A stretch of DNA of 64,000 nucleotides from Pecten maximus. Taxonomy: Eukaryota. Both the position numbers and the translations under genes were made by a program. This document shows positions 26,401 through 38,400 of the stretch, in pieces; within the stretch, counting starts at the first letter, position 1; every line of letters starts with the position of its first letter. The notes below the pieces were generated by a model. The model did no database searches and was not told where the DNA came from. It worked only from the letters and a program-made list of their open reading frames with translations. The DNA lies in NCBI RefSeq assembly GCF_902652985.1, contig NC_047016.1:10726001-10790000 (forward strand). The letters run 5' to 3'.

Positions 26401-29400
26401 AACTGTTACATAGTCCAGTATCAAATATGTGAAATATGTTTTATTTCGACATTCTTCTGAAGTCCTTACAAAATATAGTTTACATTGTAATTAATATTTA
26501 ACATTCAATTAAGTTTTTTATGCACTAAACGTTTTTACGTAAGCAAAACTGTTTAACCGGATTTCTTACATCCGATTTACTTATTTATGACTACACGTCC
26601 CTAGCAGTGGTACGTCTCCATATCGTGTATTGGAAATCAAACTGTTTAACTAGAGTGACACCACATGTTACATGTCCCGCACACAAAGTCCCTCATCACA
26701 GTATCAGTACCATAGATATTTACAGCTGTAGTGACACCATATGTTGTATGTATCGTGTAGGCCTGTAGCAACAGAGAGTCCATATACTGTTATACTGCCA
26801 TGTGGAAAACTTGGACGGAAACTCTACGATTCCAGAACAAAACTACTTTATCTTATTGAAGAACAACACTTTCAGGATTTAAAGTACATTTTTGTGAATT
26901 CAACACATGATTTATATATGATTCAATACTAAGTATCAGCGTGTGCTTTTGAGTAACCAAAACGTAACGAAAACACTGAAGTAATCATGCATCTTAAGGA
27001 CTGTCGTGAGGTTCGCGTCTATGTGTAAGCGCGCAGTAAATAGTGACAACAGGACATCAATACAAGTCTGTCTGGAGAAGACTTACGATGGATATATATA
27101 TAACAGCAGAAAAAGAAGGTAATCTTAATAAAACAGCAATGATTATCACCAAGATCAATGAAGGCCTATAGTACAGAAACATTTTACAATTGTTCCGCTG
27201 AATAATAACTTTCCTTATCAATTATTCACACTAAGGAAGCCTAATTATTGACCGAGTAATTATTTCTGGAGATGGCCAGTCGTTGCCCGTCAGACCTAAC
27301 ACGCTGTGCGATCTGTCTAGGAGATCAGACTTCCCCCAGAGCTCTACCTTGCCTCCACTCGTTCTGCGAGTCGTGCCTGGAGAAGCACGTACAGACCTCA
27401 CATATATCAAACGGCCACAACAGCCTTACACTTCGCAGTCATCAGTCTCATAAATCATTTCCCTGTCCAACCTGCAGAAAATCAACGACAATGCCAACGA
27501 ATGGGGTGCAAGGGTTTCCAAAAGACTTCCGTATTACTGAATTCAAAGAAGTGTGGAGATCATCAAATGAAAGGAAAGGTGGCACTACTCCAACATGTGA
27601 CATGTGCGGGGAAAAAGTCCCCCTCAAGACAGCCGAATCCTTCTGTGTCGATTGTTGTAAATATTTCTGTATTCATTGTGGCTCTCGTCACAATCAAAAT
27701 TCTGTCTTAAGATCACACATCATGGTGCCAATAACTAAAGACCTCACTGTTAACTCTTCAAAAACGACATGTTGCCAACATCACAAAATGGAGGAAATCA
27801 AATTCTTCTGTGAGAACTGTAAATATGGAATATGTGTAAAGTGTCTCCTTGGTGATCATGGTGAACACATTGTCACCGATATGACAGTAACATTGAACTC
27901 GAAAAGAAATGAGCTGAAACATTGTATCAAACATATACATGATCAAATATGGATTCTGCAAGACATACTATTTAATCTTACTTGTCTTGAAGGTCGAATC
28001 AAGGGAAAATATGAGGAAACAAAACTGCAAATGAAAAAGAGTTCTCGAAAACTTGTCAACAAAATCTTCGGTGCAGAAGTAAAGCTTTTATGTGAACTAG
28101 ATGAAGCCTACCAAAGACAATCTGATGATGTTTACAGACGTAAACAGCAGTGCAAGACACATCTGGAACAGTTTAAAAGTTTGCAGTCTCGATTGGATGG
28201 TATTCTGAAGGTTGAAGACATTGACAATGTTCTTGAGAACTACACAGACATTCTAAGTGAAGTTCATGAAATCAACATTACAAAGCAATACAAATCAAAA
28301 TTCCTGAAATCCCCGGAATCTCTGGAGTTCGTTCCTAACGGAAGTGTATCTATAGGCAAACTCAGTCTAGTACCTAATGATATGCAAGGACGTCAAAGAG
28401 CATCATCACGACATAGGCTTATTACACGATCGACAAGTGGGCAGGTTAAACAGCAAACAGGAAAATCGTCCTCTGGTCCAGGTATTACACCCAGAGTGGC
28501 ATCCTCTACCAGTCATGGCCATCAATTTGGAAGATCGCGAAACCCCCTACACAAAAGTCAACCGATATTATTTGATCAGCGCAGTGAAGACTCAAATAGT
28601 CCTGATCTACCACCAGTTACAAACACGTATGATCCACAGAGGTATTGTGATGAGGCCTCTTCTAATTCTGAGTGTGTTCCTGCAGTAAAGCTCGTGTATA
28701 AAGTAAACACTTCGGGTGCTGGACGTGGACAGCTCAGTCTTCCTTTCAGTGCTACCTTTGACAAAGAGGGTCGACTGCTTGTTGCTGAAAATGGTAACGG
28801 ACGACTCCAAATGTTTGGTAACTATGGACATACAGTTAAGATCATAGGACTGCCTAGCTGTGTACCGAGATGTGTGACTACCACTGCTGATGGCAAGGCA
28901 TATGCCCTCACTGATGAGGAATCAAAGTGTGTGAAATTAGTATCAGAAGATGGGATTCTCATGAAGGAAATCTACATTGCCGGAGATGCTTTCCCTTTTG
29001 GAATTACCACATTAGACGACGATCAATTTGCTATATCAGATATTATTTATGAATGTGTATCTATCATTTCAGCAAATGGTGAAAAGGATATACGTTTTGG
29101 TTCTCATGGAAATACGTCAGCCAAATTGGAAAACCCTTCTTACCTAACAACAAACCTGTATGGCAACATCCTAGTGTCAGATTCAGGTCATCATGAGGTG
29201 AAAGTCTTTGACAGGCTAGGTAACTATCTATACAAGTTTGGAGGGTATGGTACTGCAGGAGGACAGCTAAGGTACCCAAAGGGTATTGCTTGTGACAAGA
29301 ATGGCCTAGTGTATGTAGCTGACTCTGGTAATGACAGAGTTGTGGTCTTCTCTGAGGTAGGCCTATACTGTGGCATGTTACTGGGTCGGGTGAATGGTAT

Positions 29401-32400
29401 AAAGCGTCCAACAGGCTTAGCCTACAGTCCCAAGGGCCTCATGGCCATTACTATGCCAGATGATGACGAGGTCAGCGTGTATGAACTGACAAGCTCAATA
29501 CCACGATCATTCACACAGTAAGCAAATAAATTCACAAACTAGGATAAAAGTGCTTTCAGAACGAAAACATCTGTCCTCTAAAATACCGAGCCGGTGGTGG
29601 TGATAAGTACTGCTCACAAATAATTATTGTCAAACGACAAGCACCTAACTCAGACTAATTAAATCACGAGAGATTAATTCACTAGTTATTTATCTGGCGA
29701 TAAGATAAGCATGCTTCAATGGTTACAGAACACCAAAACTCTGTAATCAAATGGTATCAAGGACTTCTAATTCTAGATAACTTAAATTAAACAATTTGTG
29801 CTAAACTGTCCACTGGTAGCAGCAGCCATGTACAGAATACAACAAACCTTTTTTTTAATTTTTGCATTGTATTTCAGATTAGTTCTGGCACAATTTGGAA
29901 ATGTTTATCTTAAAATCTACTGTAATTATTTTCATAAATAAACAAGGACTCCAATTGGTTTGTCTTATGGTATCAACCACTTCTTAATTATGGGGTACTA
30001 ACTGTTGATTCTGATATCAATCCGTACCCCGAGTTTTCATTACCTGTGAATAGCAGTAAATCTTAAGTAAGATATGTTACCTACCAGACTATTGTCCTTA
30101 CATCTGGCACACTGACAGCTAAAGTAATACTGCTCCCACAGCTGTCTCCTTCTTTCAGCTATTGTATCCAGCTGGTCCACATAGCTTATATAAATCTGCA
30201 GCAAGTGTTGAAATACATCAATGATTAACTTGTGGGAATGATTATATATGGAATCAATATTGATTCAATGTTATATTACAACTAGCATTCTTACATGAAT
30301 TCATGTTTGCTTTCATTTATATAATACAAATGCATTTTTCACTTACTACCAAGGACAAAATACTCCCAATACACAGACTGGGATGATTATGAATGAAAAT
30401 CCCTAACACACTGACTGGGAGGGTTATAAATCAATACCCCTAACACACTGACTGGGAGGGTTATAAATCAATATCCCTAACACACTGACTGGGAGGGTTA
30501 TAAATCAATACCCCTAACACACTGACTGGGAGGGTTATAAATCAATATCCCTAACACACTGAATGGGAGGGTTATAAATCAATATCCCTAACACACTGAC
30601 TGGGAGGGTTATAAATCAATATCCCTAACACACTGACTGGGAGGGTTATAAATCAATACCCCTAACACACTGACTGGGAGGGTTATAAATCAATATCCCT
30701 AACACACTGACTGGGAGGGTTATAAACCAATATCCCTAACACACTGACAGGGAGGGTTATAAATCAATATCCCTAACACACTGACAGGGAGGGTTATAAA
30801 TCAATACCCCTAACACACCGACAGGGAGGCTTATTAATCAATACCCCTAACACACTGACAGGGAGGGTTATAAATCAATACCCCTAACACACTGACTGGG
30901 TTATAAATCAATACCCCTAACACACTGACAAGGAGGGTTATAAATCAATATCCCTAACACACTGACTGGGAGGGTTATAAATCAATATCCCTAACACACT
31001 GACTGGGAGGGTTATAAATCAATATCCCTAACACACTGACTGGGAGAGTTATAAATCAATACCCCTAACACACTGACAGGGAGGGTTATAAATCAATATC
31101 CCTAACACACTGACTGGGAGGGTTATAAATCAATATCCCTAACACACTGACTGGGAGGGTTATAAATCAATACCCCTAACACACTGACTGGGAGGGTTAT
31201 AAATCAATATCCCTAACACACTGACTGGGAGGGTTATAAATCAATACCCCTAACACACTGACTGGGAAGGTTATAAATCAATACCCCTAACACACTGACT
31301 GGGAGGGTTATAAATCAATACCCCCCTAACACACCAATTGGGAGGGTTATGAATCACTGAATAACTTAATTACCCTTAAACTCTAGCTTGGATCTCCCAA
31401 TACTTTTACTAAGGATCATATGAGGTGGGGATGATATTATCACTTCACCCTGAAACACTCACATTGGTTGGGGATGGATCTGGTATGTCCTGAGTGGCCC
31501 GCACTGTCAGCTTGGTCCCTTGGAATGTAGCAACGGCATTAGGCTCGCAACTGTGATCGAGCAAGGAAGGACTAAGAAATGATAAATCATGTTAATGCAA
31601 AATTAAAATGTGTGTACAAATTACCTAAGAAAGAGGGATGTATATATGTAGTTCAGACTGAGGTGAATGTCAATCTCTTACATTACCCCTGCAATCTATT
31701 GAACAAAATTGTACTGAAAACAGTGCATGTGTGGCTTTTGACCTCATGTACATGCATGTATGACCTTGATAATCAGAGAACTCATTCATAACAGAATTGC
31801 TAGTAGCCAAATAATAAATTGCTACATAAAAAAAAAAAGCTATAGGTTATATGGACTTAACAAGCTGAACATGCAGGTCATTACAGAGGTAGAATTTTAA
31901 ATAGTGCACTAGCTACACTGACATTGTCAAATTATAGAACTTTAATAGACATATGAGATATCATGTGTGACCAATGATTTTCTCTATGTGATGAGGGTGA
32001 AAAGGAGCCATGTACGAAGCATGTATACCTGTACCAATTATTATTATTAATCAAGTATAATGCTTAATGTACAAACATTTTGTACCTGTTCACATAATCA
32101 ACCAACATGTGCTATTTGATTGATCGTTAATGTACAGGTATATATTTTATACTTTTAGTTTAAGATAATATATCTGTATACTTGTTATACAACAACGACT
32201 GACATCATAATACATCATTATAACTTACTGCTAACTCTGTTTATAAGTAACCAGCTGTTCATTATTTGTTTCACCTGATGAAAATTGTACACCTTTTTCT
32301 TGGCACATACTTCATTTGTATATTGAACTAATGGGAATATAGGGAATATATTTGGTGTTTTTGTAGGGTAATTAGGGTTTAATATCATAATCATTATGCT

Positions 32401-35400
32401 TTGTCTCTAATCATTAATTGTCATACTACACACTTGTAATGTATAACATTTGTTTTAAAGTTTTAATAAAGTATTCTGATTTCATTACACAGTGTTAACT
32501 TATATATTAGGAAATATTTTCTTCAGGTTGGTAAGTATGAATGTGAATATACGTGTACATTGGTATATACACAGGCAAAATGTCTTGAGGTCAATTTGAC
32601 CTGAAAAAATATTGACCTGAAATCGACCTGAATTTGACCTGAAATTTTTTTTCAAGTCAAATTCAAGTTTGGTTTGGTTTGGTTTATTTTGTTTAATGTC
32701 CTATTAACAGCTAAGGTCATTTAAGGACAGGCCTCCCGTGCGTGCGACATGTACATGCATGCGTATGGTGAGTGCAGTATGTGTATTTTTGGGAGGCTGC
32801 GGTATGTTCGTGTTAAGTCTCCTTGTGATAGGCCGAAACTTTTGCCGATTTATAGTGCTACATGTACCTCACTGAAGCATACTGCCGAAGACACCCAGCA
32901 GGACACCCCATCCGGTCACATTATACTGACAACGGGTGAACCAGTCGTCCCTACTCCTAATATGCTGAGCACTAAGCAGGAGTAGCAACTACCATTTTTA
33001 AAGACTCTGGTATGTCTTGGCCAGGGGACTGAACCCAAAGCCTTCCTCACGAGGGGTGAACGCTCAAGTATAGGCCAAAAGTGAGGCATTGTCAAGGGAG
33101 ACATTAGGAAGAAGAAAGTTGTTCAGAAAAGAAGAGAAAAGATAAGATCCCAAATATAGTCGCCTCAAATTCAGGTTGATTTCAGGTTTAATTCAGGTCA
33201 TTTTCGGGTCAAATTCAGGTCAATTTCTTGACATGAATTGACTAATCTGCTCTTTTCAGCTCAATTTGACATGGAAATCTTGATCTGAAATTGACCTGAA
33301 TTTGACCTGAATTGACATGAAGACATTTTGCCTGTGTATCACCATACTCCTATAACATAAGAGGCCGCTGGCCGGCCCTTTTTCTATCGGATATGATTTA
33401 GCCGACTGTGACACGGTGCCTGTCAAAAGTATCTCACCCTGTACATGTAAAACCTCTTAATTGTTGGAGTAATATCACCAGTGTATGATTTGAGTGACAA
33501 TTCCTTAACTACACTGTCATCTTCATCAGACAAATGACCAGAAATAGACTTTGGTATATCACCAGCGTATTATTTGAGTGACAATTCCTTGACTACACTG
33601 TCATCTTCATCAGACAAATGACCAGTAATAGACTTTGGTATATCACCAGTGTATGATTTGTGTATGACAATTTCGTGACATCACTATGCACCTTCATCAG
33701 ACAAATGACCATTTAATCAACAATGTACACAGAGACTTTAGTGTAAAAGATTATTAGTAAATTAAGTAGTCTTTTTTGTCTACAGTATAATCAATGTACA
33801 TTGAGGTGGAAAGTAGCATACAAGTCGATTCGGCTACTCTGAGAGAAGTTGATATGGCTACTATGTGTAGAAGTTGATTCAGCTGTAGTTTATAACCTGT
33901 TTATAGATATGCCTAAGTCAGATAACCACAATGTTTTGTATATGAGACATGCTTTACTTCATTGTGTATCACAATAGATCCTACCTCAGGTAGATGGCCA
34001 CTCCAACTGGCTGCAGTTCTCCATCACATACTGTGAAGCTGTTTATCACCATCTGCAAATCATAGCAGACAAACATATACCAGCTGAATTATAACTGTAT
34101 TAAACATCTACAAATTTTTATCTTCAAATATACACAATAAGTGATTTAGATATCACCATAAAAAAAGATAAACTGAGGTAAATAAAAGTTTCATTCTTAA
34201 ATCAATATTGACTAAAGGTGGGTAACATATGAACAAAATAAAGAATTCAAAAAAAAAACAAAAACAAAAAAAACTAACATTTTTTTTTTATATTTACATA
34301 AGATTGCTTCAAGGGAACAATTTAGGCGAATATGACCAGGTGTTCCGATGACCAGTGTCACGTCATATTTATATCACCATCACAAAAGTAGCTGGATACT
34401 ATTTATACAGTACTATCAATTACCTTCCCAAATATTTCCAGCAACTCATCTGCAGGAGGAAGTTTGGAGTCTCCGAGAAGTTTTTCCAAGGTAAAAGCAA
34501 TCTTAGAAAGCTGTTCCATTCTCTGTTGGTCAGACATGATTTTATCAGAGTCTGAAAAAAAAAAACATGTGACTCAAATTAAAATAACAATTACTGAAAG
34601 AAATCTGATACTTTTTCATCTTGGCATTATGATATAATCAATAAAGCTATTGTATCTATTTTACACTGTACTTTGTGAATTATAGTGGTATTGTGTGTGC
34701 TAATTAAATATCACAAAATGTAAACACAAATTTGACCCTTGTTGACATGAAACTGTGGTTAAAATAATACTATATTAACATATATTACTTACGTGATTGG
34801 AAATTTGAGAAGTTTCTCCAGCCAATATCATTTCTGACAAATTTTCCATTGTCACCTGCCTAAAAATAGAGGGTACAAATTCAATAAATGTTTTGATATA
34901 TATTGTTGCAAAATCTATATTATACATGTATATGCATGTATATTTTTTAATTTCACTGACAATCGATATCCCAGACAGAAAAAAAAACAACAAAAAAACA
35001 AAAAACTCAACATCTTTTCTTTAGATGTGCAACTGCATGTAGATTGACATAAAAAATTATCAGTTTTGTCAAATTCACAAAAATGATTTCCCCATATATT
35101 TTGAACCTATAGGTTCACGAGTTTAAATTTCAAGTTTTGATGGAACTGATGAATGGTTTACTTTAAGCCTAATGTGACAGTTTTGACATAATATTTCTGT
35201 CCTAAACAGATAAATCTCAATACTACAATGTATGTGGTTACAGTTGAGTGTATGCTAACCTTTACACCTAGTGCACTACGTTTAAACTAGTAGTGCACTA
35301 CATTTAAATTACAGGTAATCTAGTAGTGCGCTACACCCAAAGAGGTGATGAACAGCAAAACCCCCATTCAGGTAATGGGCAGTACCCAAGGCTACCTGTG

Positions 35401-38400
35401 ATTTTTACCTGTACTGTATATACTATCTAACAGCTATATTAAAAGAGTTATTAAAAAGGTTTTGGAAGTTTAGTTTGATGTTATATTTCAACCTTTCTAT
35501 TCTTGTTAATTATACACTGTAACTAAGATTTACTTTATAAATCCTTTAACCTAAAGTTAAATTGTTCAAGCCAAGTTTCATTTGTCTTTTGGTACTTTAT
35601 ATTTGGTATCGATTGATCAGTTACATATTTCACGTTTAATTCCAGTTTTTTTTGTTTTAATCACATGAAAGTATATAATAAAACATTTGAAAACAATTAT
35701 CGTCAATTTGATACATTTAATTTATATTGAAGTTTAATTTCAGATTAAATTAAGCGACATACAGTGTATTCATAATTTCATTTTTGATGTGGTATTAAAA
35801 CCTTATTCAGCCCATTATGGCATATATATGTTGTACATTATATGTGTTACACATCCAATGCTTAAAGTCAGAAACCTGAACACATAAAGAAATTAATTAA
35901 ACCTTGATTTAACATGTAAATAAAGAGATTATTTGAATGCACTGGTAATTAAGTGATCATAACAGTTCTACATTTCAAAATTTTAAGTTTATAAAAGGTA
36001 TATGTCACTTGAAATACATCTTCCATTTTCCTTTACTGAAATAGTTGAAATTTCTGTACATGTACCCGTGTGCAGGTATCTAATACTTTGAAGACCTAAC
36101 ATATATTGGATCTGATTCCAGGTACATGTTTCAGTTACAGGTAACACAGAATGAGATAATGGCCTGAGGGAACAATTAATGCCATTTTTGTTATGAAATA
36201 TACATACTGGCAAACTTGGGGAAGGGGAGGGCAACAGTTTTAAGCTTATATAACACACATACATGTCCATGTATCTGGAGCTGTACTTGTCATACAACAC
36301 TTGTATTTGTAATTTCTTCTATACAGTTACCTGCTAACAAATATAGTACATACACATGTAGATCATGTGGACCTTAAGCCAAAGTTTTTTTTTACAGTTC
36401 ACGTTTTTTGCAATATTGTTTAAAAACAAAATTTTGGGATATATTTTGATCAGCATTTAAGTGTTTCCCTATTGCATTAAGAAATGTTCTTTACCTTAAA
36501 ATGTATACGGATGGGGATTTTACTCTGGTAATTAAAGAAAATCGCATATAAAAGATATTGATGAATATCTTTATGTGAGAAAATGTAATAAAAATAATTA
36601 TTTTTTGAAAAACTCTATTTAAAAAAAACCAACATCCACTGGTAGACATTATGTATGGGTAGTGTTAGATGCTAATTACAGGTAGGTAAGGCAGAGGAAG
36701 CCTGGCAGAGCATGCTATAAATGGACCCCTGGGGGGATAATTGGGGACTTGACAAAACTATAGCCAGGTGTTAAAACAGGCACACCTTAAGATGGTTATG
36801 GAGGTCCATAAGGTGATGGTGAGGTGGGGTTTGGGGCATGGGGCCCAGGTGGCCATGACAACAGGCATGTCCTGAGAGTACCAATTATACATACAGGCCC
36901 ATGTACATAACTTGTTGTGTAGATATTGTCTCTTACAGAACATACATGAGAAGATACGAAACTTCTGAATCTTGATTATGTACTATGAAATGATTTCATG
37001 GCTGAATTAACAGATATTAGTTAAGTAACAATACAGTGTACATTGAATTTAAAAATATTTTTGTCTGATGAAATAATAAATATTAAAGTATATGTACATA
37101 TCCAGTGTACTTGAGAGAAAAAAATCTACAAACAGTCATCAAGGCCTAAGGTAGAATTAATCATTAATATAAAATGTATTATTAATTACATCTAAAAAAA
37201 TAAATGAAAAGCTTGAAATCATGAAGATAAACCTTAATTTTACACTATAATGAAATCTTAAAAAAAAAAAAAAAATGATAAAAATCCCACTGCAAATCCA
37301 AGTGATAGAGTTTAATTCCTCTTATGCAATATATCATATAAGAACCGCAGCCAATTTTATTTTGAGTTAATATTAGATAAAATTTTATCAACATTTAGAT
37401 GTACCTGGTAAAGTCAGGATGGAGTGTAGGACAAAAGCCCCCCCAGAGATTAGCCCCCCCGGACATTAGCCCCTAGGACAAAAGCCCCTCCGGACGAAAG
37501 CCCTCCCGGACATTAGCCCCCCTGGACAAAAGCCCCTTCTTTATGAATTTAGCTGGTATACTTTATATGAATCTGTACTTTTGAAAAACAGAAACTATAT
37601 ATATATATTGTTGTTTTTATCTCTGAAATTTGGAGAATAATTGTGTGGAAAATGAAGGTCCTTAGTTCAATGTCAGTGTAGCATTATATGTCTGTGGTTA
37701 AACATCATAATTTATTCTTTCAAACTTTATGTTATTAAGTAAGAAAAAAAAATCAGGAAAGCTCTCCACAATGAACAAATTGTCACTGATTACACATAAT
37801 TTTTGACTTCCTAATATACTGCAAATATTGTGTAACAGCTTATTATTTATGTAACAGTTCAAGTAGTTGTTGTTGGAACCGGTTGTTTACATTGCCGAAG
37901 CCACTGATGACATATGTATATGTAGCAATTAAAAATCATAAAAAATAAATATCAATTTTTTTATGGAGGGGCTTTTGCCGAAGCCACTGATGACATGTGT
38001 ATATGTAGCAATTAAAAATCAACAGAAAAATAAATATCATTTTTTTTTATGAAGGGGCTTTTGTCCACTTTTTGATTAGTGTGAAGGGTTTGTCCTAGGG
38101 GCTAATGTCCGAGAGGGCTAATGTCCGGGGGGGGGGGCTTTTGTCCGTACCTCGTCAGGATGACAGATATAAGGCAGTCAATTTACACAGGTCTGTATAT
38201 GTAACAACTACATATATCTAACAGGTGTCCAGTGGCACTGTCCATTATCTGTATAGGGGAATTTGTGGTCACACCTGACTGGACGTAGTGCACTACTAGT
38301 TTAAATGTAGTGCACTACTAGTTTAAACGTAGTGCACTAGGAGTGCACTAGGGTGTAAAGGTTAGCTTACACTCAACTGTATGTATTGGAAACAGTGTGT

